DNA from: Gemmatimonadales bacterium
Lineage (GTDB): Bacteria; Gemmatimonadota; Gemmatimonadetes; Gemmatimonadales; GWC2-71-9
Direction of reading: 5' to 3'
NCBI GenBank assembly: GCA_041615815.1
Contig: JBFJCP010000014.1
Location: 42,090 to 106,089, forward strand
DNA length: 64,000 nucleotides
Made by a program: the position numbers and the translations under genes
Part shown: one piece after another, positions 39,347 to 48,383 of the stretch
Numbering within the stretch: position 1 is the first letter of the stretch
How the letters are laid out: each line of letters opens with the position of its first letter
The notes under the pieces: generated by a model
Seen by the model: the letters and a program-made list of their open reading frames with translations, nothing else
Database searches by the model: none
Told to the model about the DNA's origin: nothing

Positions 39347-40496
39347 GAACCGAGCGCACGAGCGCGTCGAGTGTCTGTGCGGCCGTGACGGCCTCCTGCA
39401 CCCGCTGGAGGTCGGCCACATCGGCTTGGGAGTCGTGCTCGCCAATCTTCAGCCACCGCTGCCACCACTCCACCGCCTCGTGGAAGCGGCCCTGGAGCGC
39501 CAGTGCGTCCCCCAGCAACCGATGCGCGGAGACGAGCAGCGGATCCAACCTGAGGGCGCGCCGCAAGTTTTCTTCCGCCTCGTGCGAGCGGTTGGCCGCC
39601 AGCTCCAACCGGCCCAAGAGGGCGTACACCACGGGCTCGTGGGGTCGGAGGGAGCGGGCCTGCTCCGCCCATCGTCGGGCTGCTTCCAGGTCGCCGGTCT
39701 CAGCGGCTGTGGTGGCGCGGGCCATCAGGTCGTCCAAGTCCTCAGGAGCCTCGACAGATTCACTACTGGACCGCCGGCGATCCGTGATCACCAGCACACC
39801 CGCGCTTTCCAGCCCGAAAATCGTCTTGGCGACCTCGAATTCGGACCGGCCAAGGAGAGTCGCGATGCCGCGAACGTCGCGATCCCCATCGATCGCGGCC
39901 ATGACTTCCCACTCCGTGGGCAACAGATCGAGCGCTCCCTGGTCGCCACCCCCCGTGGGCGCGAAACTCGGTACCACGCCGAGGTTGGGGATCTTGCCCT
40001 CGATTTGCGACCACTCGTCGATCCGCCGAGCGCCTTCCATGAGCAGGGACTCGGTGGGGATCCGAACCGTGGCGTCCGCGGGCATGTCCGCCGCATTCTC
40101 TTCGGCGAAGGAAAAATACCCCTCGCGCCAGCTCAACAGCTCGAAGATGACCTCTTCCACCTGGAACCGGACGTGCCGCTCGAGCTCGCGCTGGGAGACG
40201 GCACCGATGGTCACCAACAGCTCGCCGAGCCGGCGCCGATCTCCTCGGTGTTGCATGTCACGGGCGCGCTGCAGATCGGCTTCACTGACCTTCCCCGCCC
40301 GGATGAGCAGATGACCGAGGGGATGCGGGTTGCTCTGGATCTGCGCAAACACCACGGCGCCGTCCTGAAACACGACGGTTCCCTGGTTGCGCCGGAGGTT
40401 GGACACCACGGTGAGGGTACCGGTCTTGCGGCTCAGGTCCAGTAGCTGGAAGACATCGTGGATTCCCAGCTCCTTGAGGGGTCCCTCGATGGCCAT
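39339..40496 (-). CDS. DUF4388 + MshEN-like motif + TPR protein (paralog of 33497-35116)
   Basis: MAIEGPLKELGIHDVFQLL..KTG, PLGHLL../RLGELLV..Q, LLMEGARRIDEW, and TPRs. Confidence 0.85.
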   Translation of the reverse strand: MAIEGPLKELGIHDVFQLLDLSRKTGTLTVVSNLRRNQGTVVFQDGAVVFAQIQSNPHPLGHLLIRAGKVSEADLQRARDMQHRGDRRRLGELLVTIGAVSQRELERHVRFQVEEVIFELLSWREGYFSFAEENAADMPADATVRIPTESLLMEGARRIDEWSQIEGKIPNLGVVPSFAPTGGGDQGALDLLPTEWEVMAAIDGDRDVRGIATLLGRSEFEVAKTIFGLESAGVLVITDRRRSSSESVEAPEDLDDLMARATTAAETGDLEAARRWAEQARSLRPHEPVVYALLGRLELAANRSHEAEENLRRALRLDPLLVSAHRLLGDALALQGRFHEAVEWWQRWLKIGEHDSQADVADLQRVQEAVTAAQTLDALVRSVHG

Positions 40497-40499
40497 GGA

Positions 40500-43199
40500 T
40501 CAGGCCGCCTCCGTCCGGAAGATCTGCTGAAGATCTTGTGCGGTCCGGACGTGTTTCCGCGCCTCTTGGGCGTAGCGACTCGAGGGATCGACCGCGACCA
40601 CGCGCTCCCACCGCCCAACGGCATCGCGGTAGCGACGCAGGCGCGCCAGCGCCACGCCTTCAAAGAACAGCGCGGCCGGGTGATCGTGCTCGAAGGCCAA
40701 CACCCGGCGGAAGGCGTGCAGCGCGTCCGGCACCCGATTGTCGTCCAGCAACGCATGTCCGAGCGCCAAGATGGCCTCGACGTCGGACGGGTCGCTGGCA
40801 AGGGCTTCCACGAGCAGGTGGATCGCGGCTTTGGGCTTTCCGTTTCGTCTATGGAGCTGCGCGAGCGCCAGGGCAGCCTCGGTGAGGGTCGGTAGGGCCT
40901 CCAGGGCGGAGCGATACGCGGTCTCGGCCTCGTCGTCACGGCCGCGGGCTTCGTGCACTTTGCCGAGGTCAACGCGCAATTGGACGATGCGCGGATCGAG
41001 GCTCAGCGCGTCCCGATAGGCGCGCTCGGCGGCCTCGAGATCCCCCATGCGCATGGCGACATCCCCTTCCAGCTTCAGGATGTCGGCCCTCTGGGGTGCC
41101 TGCCGACGCGCCTGCTCGAGTGAGGCGAGTGCCGCGGCGGGATCGCCCGCGGAAAGCTGGGCTTGGCCAAGGGCCGTAAGGACATCCGCGTCCGCGGGAC
41201 GATCCCGGGCCAGGGCACCGGCGTCGTCGACGGCTTCGCTGCCCCGACCGAGCGCCACTAGTTGGCGCACGATGCCGAGCCGTACATCCTGCCGATCCGG
41301 GGCGAGCGCCTGCGCGTCACGGAAACGGTCGAGCGCCTCCCCGTGCAATCCCCGTCGGGCAAAGATCTCACCCGCCAACACCTGCGCGTCCACCTGATCC
41401 GCACCCCGGCCCAGCGCGCGGTTGACCTCCGCGGCGGCGAGCTCAAGGAGCCCCTTGTGCAGGTAGTCCCGCGCCAGAGCCAAGGGGTCGGTGGATGCGG
41501 GCGCTTTCCCGACTGGCTCCCGCTCCAGCTCGGCGAACAGGCCGTCCAACATCTGCTGGTCGAACTCGATGTGCTGGCCGGACAGCTCCGTCGCCACTTC
41601 ACCCGAAATCTCCGGGACCACCGCGATCGTGGGATCCTCGTACTGGAGGTCGATGGCGAGCTGGAACTTCTGCGGGATGTAATACGGATCGAGCTGTTGT
41701 GCCCGCGTGACGGCCCGAAGCGCGCCGTCGTAGTCGTTGAGCTGCGAGAGTACGAAGCTCAGGTTGTAGTGCGCCTCCGCGTTGTTCGGCTCGCATTCCA
41801 CGGCCCGGGCGAATGCGTTCCGAGCGTCGGCGATACGATCCATCTCGGTGAGGACCCACCCAATGCCATTCCACGCTGAAGCCGAGCGTCGATCCGAGCC
41901 CAGCGCCTGCCGGAATGCCTGGATGGCGAGCTCGAACCGCCCGAGCTTGAATAGCAGGAACCCGAGGTTGAGCTGGGGCACGGTGAGCCCGGGCTGCGCG
42001 CGCAGCGCGTCCCGCAACGTCTCGACCGCTTCCTCATGCCGCCCCGTCTGTGCGAGGGTAATGGCCAGGTTGTTCTTGGCGAGCGCATAGTCCGGCGAGG
42101 CGGTGACGGCCTGCTCGTAGCAGGCGACAGCCTCTTGGAACTGGCCCAGCTGATGAAGGACGACGCCGCGCTCGTTCCAAATCTTGGGAGAGTCCGGTTG
42201 TTCCTTCGCTAAGCGCTCATATTGCTCAAGCGCCGCGGGGTAATCGCGCTTGAGCAGCTCCACCTCGGCCAACGCTTGCAGCACGAGGTGACGGTCCTCA
42301 CCCCGCTCGAGTGCCAGCCGGTATTCGCGAATGGCCTCGTTGTAATACCCCTGTTGCCGAAAGGCCAGCCCCAGATTGAAGTGCGCCAACTCGTCCTCGG
42401 GGTCCTGCATGGCCGTGAGGGCCTCGAGGCTGCGCCGGGAGACCCGTTTTCGCTCCGCCTTGAACCGTTCGAGCGACAGATTGGTTTGGGCGCGGGCAAA
42501 CGTGGGGTTGAGCTGGATGGCTCGTTTGGTGGCGGCGCGGGCGTCTTCGTGACGACCGAGATCACCGAGGACGAAGGCCATTTGGTAGTACGCCTCGGCA
42601 TTGTCCGGGCCCAGGGCCGTGGCTCGCTCCAGGATGCCCAAGGCGTCCTGGTTGAGTCCTCGATTGTACAGGACCTCGCCGAGATAGAGGTGTACCACGC
42701 TGCTCTCGGGGTCGAGCTCACGCGCGCGCTCGAGGGCGTTCGCAGCCGCTTCGAGATTCCCACGGTTCTTTTCCACGAGCCCGACCTGTATCAACGCGGC
42801 CATGTCGGCGCGGTCTCGCTCCAGCATGGCGTGAAACTCCCGGAGCGCCGCATCGGCCTCGCCCAGTGCCGCGTAGGCCCGACCCAACTCCCACCGCGCG
42901 GACCGATCCGTCGGGTCCCCCCGCAGCCGCTCTTTGAGCTCGGCCACCCGCTGGTCGTAGTAGCCAGTCTCGGTGTAGGCCAACTCTAAGTTCCGCTGCG
43001 CCACCTGCATCTTGGGGTCGAGCTCGAGGGCGCGCAGGAACTCCCGGATGGCCTCCTGCACCAAGCCACGTTCGTAGTACAGCACGCCGAGATTGTTATG
43101 GGCGCCTGCATCGGACGGATCGATGCGGTTCGCGAAGGACCGCAGCGTACTGCGGTCCTCCGGGGACATGACGTGTGGGGCTCCGACGTCAGCCGACAC
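40500..43199 (-). CDS. Large cytoplasmic TPR scaffold protein
   Basis: Many TPR motifs (AHNNLGVLY, AHFNLGLAF, AHYNLSFVL) across ~900 aa; no signal peptide. Start is 43199 or 43169. Confidence 0.88.
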   Translation of the reverse strand: MSADVGAPHVMSPEDRSTLRSFANRIDPSDAGAHNNLGVLYYERGLVQEAIREFLRALELDPKMQVAQRNLELAYTETGYYDQRVAELKERLRGDPTDRSARWELGRAYAALGEADAALREFHAMLERDRADMAALIQVGLVEKNRGNLEAAANALERARELDPESSVVHLYLGEVLYNRGLNQDALGILERATALGPDNAEAYYQMAFVLGDLGRHEDARAATKRAIQLNPTFARAQTNLSLERFKAERKRVSRRSLEALTAMQDPEDELAHFNLGLAFRQQGYYNEAIREYRLALERGEDRHLVLQALAEVELLKRDYPAALEQYERLAKEQPDSPKIWNERGVVLHQLGQFQEAVACYEQAVTASPDYALAKNNLAITLAQTGRHEEAVETLRDALRAQPGLTVPQLNLGFLLFKLGRFELAIQAFRQALGSDRRSASAWNGIGWVLTEMDRIADARNAFARAVECEPNNAEAHYNLSFVLSQLNDYDGALRAVTRAQQLDPYYIPQKFQLAIDLQYEDPTIAVVPEISGEVATELSGQHIEFDQQMLDGLFAELEREPVGKAPASTDPLALARDYLHKGLLELAAAEVNRALGRGADQVDAQVLAGEIFARRGLHGEALDRFRDAQALAPDRQDVRLGIVRQLVALGRGSEAVDDAGALARDRPADADVLTALGQAQLSAGDPAAALASLEQARRQAPQRADILKLEGDVAMRMGDLEAAERAYRDALSLDPRIVQLRVDLGKVHEARGRDDEAETAYRSALEALPTLTEAALALAQLHRRNGKPKAAIHLLVEALASDPSDVEAILALGHALLDDNRVPDALHAFRRVLAFEHDHPAALFFEGVALARLRRYRDAVGRWERVVAVDPSSRYAQEARKHVRTAQDLQQIFRTEAA

Positions 43200-43809
43200 G
43201 TATGGCGTCGAAGATGGCCTTCAGAGACGCGAGATCCGGCAGGAGGAGGAAGTGTCCCTTGAGCTTCCTGCCCGCATCCTCGAAATGGAAGTTGCTTTCC
43301 ACGCAGAACACAACGTCCCGATCGTGGCTGAAGCTCACGAAGGCCGTGGTGAGGACGGCCGCGGCCTGATCGATCACCAGGCCCGGCACCGAGGGCAACA
43401 GCATCATCCCCATGAAATCCGAGAGGGCGTTCATATAGGCACCACCGAGGATGTTCCCCGCCTCTTTGAGCGCGGACTGTTCCAATTCCCCAAACGTGGT
43501 GGTGGAACCCGGCTGGCGGCGCAGCAGCAAATCGCACAGCAGGCGCGCGTTGGCGTCCGGCAGGATCAGCAGCGTGCGGCCGGTGAGATCGCCTAGCATA
43601 TGCATCAGGACCGCGGCCACGACATCCTCGGGATCGCCGAGCATCTCCGGGACTTGCTCGACCCCCCGAACCTCGATCTCGGGCACGCTGATCATGATCT
43701 TGCGCTGGGTCAGCTGGGACAGCGCCGTCGCGGCGTGACCGGCTCCGATGGTAGCTACCTCTCGGACCGCGTCGAGTTGCAGCTGATGTAGGTCGCGAAG
43801 GTCGTCCAT
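43189..43809 (-). CDS. cheC: CheY-P phosphatase CheC
   Basis: DAVREVATIGAGHAATALSQL, ISVPE and SALKEAGNIL motifs. Confidence 0.94.
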   Translation of the reverse strand: MDDLRDLHQLQLDAVREVATIGAGHAATALSQLTQRKIMISVPEIEVRGVEQVPEMLGDPEDVVAAVLMHMLGDLTGRTLLILPDANARLLCDLLLRRQPGSTTTFGELEQSALKEAGNILGGAYMNALSDFMGMMLLPSVPGLVIDQAAAVLTTAFVSFSHDRDVVFCVESNFHFEDAGRKLKGHFLLLPDLASLKAIFDAIRVG

Positions 43810-43821
43810 GCCGTCTTTCTC

Positions 43822-45684
43822 CTAGACCAGCCCGCCGGCGTCCAGAATGAGAGCGGGAGCCCCGTCCGCCAAGATAGTGGCGCCGCCGAAAATGGGCATC
43901 GTCCCGCGGGGGGGATCAAAGGACTTCACCACGATCTCCTGCTGGCCAGCCATCCGATCCACCACCAGCCCGGACAGTCGATCCCCAATCTCGATGACGA
44001 TCACCGGGCGCTGAAGCGGCCCACCCTCGGGGGTCCCCACCAGCGCTCGAAGATGGAGCAGCGGGATCACGCCGCCCCGGAACTGCATGGCGTCCCGCCC
44101 ATCCACCTGGGTGACGGCCTGCGGATCGAGGTCGACGGCCTCGGCCACGTGCGTGATGGGAAGCGCGTAGCGCTCGTCCCCCACCTCGGCGATCAGCGCC
44201 CGCACGATCGCGAGCGTCGTGGGCAGCCTGAGCGTAAAGGTGGAACCCTCCCCCGCCACGCTCCTGATCTCCAGCGTTCCTCCCAGGGACCGCAGCCGAC
44301 TGGCCACCACGTCGATGCCGACCCCGCGCCCCGAAACGTCGGAGACCTGCTCGGCGGTACTGAAGCCCGGGCGTCCCAGCACTCGCAACAAGAGATCGTC
44401 GCTGAGCCGGTCCACGTCTTCGGCCACCAGCCCGTCCTCCTTCGCACCCGCCAGAATCCGCTCCCGGTCAATCCCCTGACCGTCGTCCTGCACCCGAATC
44501 GCGACCGTGGCCCGCTCCCTCGTCGCGCTCAGCAGGATGCGTCCTTCCGGGGGCTTACCCTCCAGCTTACGCTGGTCGGGCATCTCGATACCGTGATCTA
44601 CGGCGTTGCGGATGAGGTGGACCAGCGGGTCCCCGATTTCGTCCAGGATGGCCCGGTCCAGCTCGATTTCCTTCCCCTCCAGCTGGAGCGCCACCCGTTT
44701 CCCCAGTTGCCGGGCGAGATCTCGGACCAGGCGGGGGAACCGATCGAAGACCTGCCACACCGGCGTCATGCGTGCCTCGATGATCTCGCTCTGCAGCTCG
44801 GTGGCCAGACGGGAGATCTTGAGGGTTACGTCCTCGAGGTCGGGGTCGGCTCGCGCGGCCACCAACTCCGCCAGACGTCCCCGGGCGGTGACCAGCTCGC
44901 CAATCCGGGTCATGAGCCCGTCCAGCCGCCGCAGATCCACCCGCATGTGACGCGCGCGGCCCGCCCCGACGGCCGCCCCACCGGTGTCGATCTCGCCGAT
45001 CATCACTTCGGCCACGTCGCCAGCCGCCCGAATGGTGGCTTCGAGCGTGGCGTCGTCCACCGTGGCCTCGATCCGGAGGGCAAAGCGGCCGTCGAACTCG
45101 TCGCGCTCCAGCGCCACCGGAGCGGGGCGCAGCGAATGGACCGCGCCCAGCTGCTCGAGCCGGCGCACAATCACCAGCGCTCGCGCGCCCTTGAGCTGGG
45201 TCTCTTGGCGCAGCGCGATTCGCACGCCGCGACCACCGGCCTCCGCACGCGCGACCATGGGTGCCGCCGGACGGGAACCACTGGGACGGGCGACGCGCCG
45301 CTCCATCGTGCCCGCGAGCCGGTCGAGGCCCTGGAGCACGTCAGCGGTTTCCACCTCGTCTTCGCGTCCCGCCACCGCCGCCTCGGACGCTTGCTCCAGC
45401 ACGTCAGCCGCGCGAAACAGGAGCTCCAGGCTCTCCTCGGTGACGGCTCCTTCACCGCGCCGCAGGAGATCCAGGAGGTTCTCGGCGCGATGTGCCAGCT
45501 CCGCCACGGTTGCATACCCCAGCGACGCGGCCATGCCCTTGATGGTATGCACCGCCCGGAAGATCTCCACCACGGGCTCGGTCGCGGCCGGATCACGTTC
45601 CCAGTCCAGCAGCATTCGGTTGAAAGTGGCCAGGTGGTCCCGAGTCTCGGCGAGAAAGAGCTCGGCGTACTGCGGGAGGTCCAT
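43822..45684 (-). CDS. cheA: Chemotaxis histidine kinase CheA
   Basis: FRAVHTIKG (Hpt), HLIRNAVDHGIE, DDGQG, GRGVGIDVV and a C-terminal CheW-like domain. Start placed at ATG 45684. Confidence 0.97.
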   Translation of the reverse strand: MDLPQYAELFLAETRDHLATFNRMLLDWERDPAATEPVVEIFRAVHTIKGMAASLGYATVAELAHRAENLLDLLRRGEGAVTEESLELLFRAADVLEQASEAAVAGREDEVETADVLQGLDRLAGTMERRVARPSGSRPAAPMVARAEAGGRGVRIALRQETQLKGARALVIVRRLEQLGAVHSLRPAPVALERDEFDGRFALRIEATVDDATLEATIRAAGDVAEVMIGEIDTGGAAVGAGRARHMRVDLRRLDGLMTRIGELVTARGRLAELVAARADPDLEDVTLKISRLATELQSEIIEARMTPVWQVFDRFPRLVRDLARQLGKRVALQLEGKEIELDRAILDEIGDPLVHLIRNAVDHGIEMPDQRKLEGKPPEGRILLSATRERATVAIRVQDDGQGIDRERILAGAKEDGLVAEDVDRLSDDLLLRVLGRPGFSTAEQVSDVSGRGVGIDVVASRLRSLGGTLEIRSVAGEGSTFTLRLPTTLAIVRALIAEVGDERYALPITHVAEAVDLDPQAVTQVDGRDAMQFRGGVIPLLHLRALVGTPEGGPLQRPVIVIEIGDRLSGLVVDRMAGQQEIVVKSFDPPRGTMPIFGGATILADGAPALILDAGGLV

Positions 45685-45685
45685 C

Positions 45686-46048
45686 CTACCCCAGGACCCG
45701 TTGGACGGCCTCGAGCACCCGCGACGGCTGAAAGGGCTTGACGACGAAATCCTTGGCCCCGGCCTGGATGGCTTCGACGACGAGTGCCTGCTGCCCCATG
45801 GCACTGCACATCAAGACGCGGGCATTGGGATCGACCTTCACGATCTCCCGCACCGCGTCGATGCCGCCCATGTCCGGCATCACGATATCCATCGTGACCA
45901 GGTCGGGGTTCAGCTGTTTGTACTTCTCGACAGCCTGCACACCGGTTTCGGCTTCGCCAATGATTTCGTAACCTGCTTGCGACAGGATGTCGCTGATCAT
46001 CGTCCGCATGAAGATCGCGTCATCGCAGACGAGCACCGTGTGGCTCAC
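45686..46048 (-). CDS. cheY: Single-domain response regulator CheY (Bacillus/Thermotoga/DifD-like)
   Basis: DDAIFMR, MDIVMP, CSAMGQQ and KPF motifs. Confidence 0.96.
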   Translation of the reverse strand: MSHTVLVCDDAIFMRTMISDILSQAGYEIIGEAETGVQAVEKYKQLNPDLVTMDIVMPDMGGIDAVREIVKVDPNARVLMCSAMGQQALVVEAIQAGAKDFVVKPFQPSRVLEAVQRVLG

Positions 46049-46056
46049 ACACCCTC

Positions 46057-46491
46057 CTACGACGGAAACATCGGACCCAACAACGCATCGAAATCGAGGA
46101 GTACGAACGACAGGTCCGCGCGACGGCCGACCGCGCGGACCACCGCCGGGTCCACCCCGGGGAGCGCACTGCGATCGGCGAGATCGGCAGACGGCACCGC
46201 CAACAGATCGATGACCTCGTCGACCACCAAGCCCACGGTCCGCGGCCCCACATCCAGCAACAGGATCGAGCCCCCGTCGCTCGCCGCCTCGTGGCCGAGT
46301 GCCCGCCGTCCGTCGACCAACGTGACGAGGGCCCCTCGCACGTTGATGAGGCCGGCCACCGCATCAGGCGCGCCCGGGACTCGGGTGGCTGACTGCGTCG
46401 AGAGGATCTCACGCACGGTCGCGGCCTCGGCCGCACAGGCCAGATCGGCCACTCGAAACACGAGAAGCCGGACGCCGGAAAAGTCGGCCAT
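46057..46491 (-). CDS. cheW: Chemotaxis coupling protein CheW
   Basis: LLVFRV, VREIL, TRVPGAP..GLINVRG and GLVVDEV motifs. Start placed at ATG 46491. Confidence 0.92.
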   Translation of the reverse strand: MADFSGVRLLVFRVADLACAAEAATVREILSTQSATRVPGAPDAVAGLINVRGALVTLVDGRRALGHEAASDGGSILLLDVGPRTVGLVVDEVIDLLAVPSADLADRSALPGVDPAVVRAVGRRADLSFVLLDFDALLGPMFPS

Positions 46492-46492
46492 C

Positions 46493-47488
46493 TTATTTGA
46501 AGAAGCCAAGATACTCCAGCGGGGTTGAGCGAGCAAGCAGTGTCGGATCACCGCTTGCCACCGCCAGACACTGCCGTAGATCCGCGGGCCATTCGGAGCG
46601 GTAGCAGACCTCTTGGCGCGTCGTCGGATGGCGAAACCTGAGCATCGCCGCGTGCAGGGCCTGACGCGGCGCCGACGCTTCCAGGGCCTGGGCACGCTCC
46701 CGCCCCACCCCAGAAATCCGCCGGGCCCCGCCCCCACCATAGGTGGGATCGCCCACGACCGGATGGCCGATGTGGGCCGCATGAACGCGGATCTGATGCG
46801 TACGTCCGGTCGCGAGGCGGACCCGCACCAAATCGCAAACGTCGAACCGAGCCACCGGCTCGAATCTGGTCTGCGCCGCCCGCCCGGACGCGAGCACGGT
46901 CATGCGTTTGCGGTCCTTCGGGTGCCGGGCCACGGGTGCATCGACCTCCCGCGGTCCGTCCATATGCCCCCAGATCAAGGCGGCATAGACCCGCTCCACC
47001 GCTCGCCGTCCCAGGGCGGCGGTCAGCCGTCGATGCGCGTCATCGACTTTGGCGACCACCATGAGGCCCGAGGTGTCCTTGTCCAGTCGATGCACGATGC
47101 CCGGACGTCCGGCCGCGGACTTGGACAGCGGCGTGTTCCGGGCAACCAAGGCGTTGAGCAGCGTCTTGTCCCAATGGCCCGGCGCCGGGTGGACCACGAG
47201 ACCAGCGGGTTTGTCCAGGATCAACAGGGCTTCGTCCTCGTGCACGACGTTCAGATCCACGGGATACGGGGAGAGTGTGCGCGGCGGGTCCCGGTCCTCG
47301 GCGATGAGCACGTCGATGAGGTCGCCCCGCTCCAACGTACGCGATGCCCGGGCGGTCCGTTCATTGACGCGGACGGCTCCATCGGCGATGAGCCGGGCAG
47401 CCTGCGTGCGCGAGAGGGCGAGCTGATCGGCGAGGAAGCGGTCGAGCCGCTCGGTCTCAGCCAGGACCTGAAAGGTACGGGTGGAAAT
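46493..47488 (-). CDS. rluD: RluA-family pseudouridine synthase (RluD-like, with S4 domain)
   Basis: DKPAGLVVHP, HRLDKDTSG and GRTHQIRVH motifs. The S4 motif ERLDRFLA..SRTQAARLI lies in frame upstream of the track start, so the start is probably non-canonical (ATT 47488). Confidence 0.92.
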   Translation of the reverse strand: MSTRTFQVLAETERLDRFLADQLALSRTQAARLIADGAVRVNERTARASRTLERGDLIDVLIAEDRDPPRTLSPYPVDLNVVHEDEALLILDKPAGLVVHPAPGHWDKTLLNALVARNTPLSKSAAGRPGIVHRLDKDTSGLMVVAKVDDAHRRLTAALGRRAVERVYAALIWGHMDGPREVDAPVARHPKDRKRMTVLASGRAAQTRFEPVARFDVCDLVRVRLATGRTHQIRVHAAHIGHPVVGDPTYGGGGARRISGVGRERAQALEASAPRQALHAAMLRFRHPTTRQEVCYRSEWPADLRQCLAVASGDPTLLARSTPLEYLGFFK

Positions 47489-47494
47489 GGCCGG

Positions 47495-48016
47495 TCAGGC
47501 CTCGGCGGCGTCCGCGCGCTCCCCAGCCGTGAGGGTGTCCTGCCGTCCCTCCTGCCAAAAGGCCATTGCCAGCGCGATGGCGCCGCAGGTGACGGCGATG
47601 TCGGCGACGTTGAAGGTTGGCCAGTGGAACGGACCGATCCAGACGTCAATGAAGTCGATCACGCCTTGGGCGCTACGGATGCGGTCCACGAGATTCCCCA
47701 CCGCGCCACCACACACGAGGCCGAGCGCGGTGAGGCGGAACCACTGGGACGGATGGGTGCGCTGAGCCATGGTCCCCAGCACCACCAGGGCGGCGATCGC
47801 GAGCCCCATGAACACCCACCGCGAATACTCGCCCACGTGAATCCCGAACGCGGCACCCGGATTGTAGACGAGCCGGAAGAGCAGCCAGTCTCCAACCACA
47901 CGGACCGGGATCCGGGATAGTGTGCTGACGGCGATCTGCTTGGTGATGAGGTCCAGCACCACCACCGTGACGCCAACAGCCCAAAACAGCCTCCGCCAAT
48001 TACGCCCGTTTTCCAT
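47495..48016 (-). CDS. lspA: Lipoprotein signal peptidase II
   Basis: YNPGAAFG, GAVGNLVDR, VIDFI and FNVAD motifs. Start placed at ATG 48016. Confidence 0.96.
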   Translation of the reverse strand: MENGRNWRRLFWAVGVTVVVLDLITKQIAVSTLSRIPVRVVGDWLLFRLVYNPGAAFGIHVGEYSRWVFMGLAIAALVVLGTMAQRTHPSQWFRLTALGLVCGGAVGNLVDRIRSAQGVIDFIDVWIGPFHWPTFNVADIAVTCGAIALAMAFWQEGRQDTLTAGERADAAEA

Positions 48017-48383
48017 CTTCTTCCTTGGCCTTGCACTTGATGCAGAGTCTCGCATGCGGAAGGGCGTCGAGCCGCTCGAAGCCGATGGCCTCGCCGCACT
48101 CGTGACACTGCCCGAATTTGCCCGGATCAAAATAGAGTCGCCGCAACGCCTCGTTGACGTGCCAGAGGTAGCGGCCCTCTTTGGACGCAAAGAGGAACTG
48201 TTTCTCGCGCTCCATCGCGTCGGTCCCCTGGTCCGCCATGTGGAACGAGTATGACGACAGGTCCCCGTCGGAAGACTGCAGGGTACCGCTGAACTGCTCG
48301 CCATAGTAGCCGAGCTCCTTCATGACGCGGCTGCGCTCTTCCAACAGCCGCTTCTCCAGGTGGGCCAGCTGTTTCTTGTTCAT
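48000..48383 (-). CDS. TraR/DksA C4-type zinc finger protein
   Basis: Coiled coil with HMADQGTD tip; CHEC..ERLDALP..CIKC. Confidence 0.92.
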   Translation of the reverse strand: MNKKQLAHLEKRLLEERSRVMKELGYYGEQFSGTLQSSDGDLSSYSFHMADQGTDAMEREKQFLFASKEGRYLWHVNEALRRLYFDPGKFGQCHECGEAIGFERLDALPHARLCIKCKAKEEDGKRA

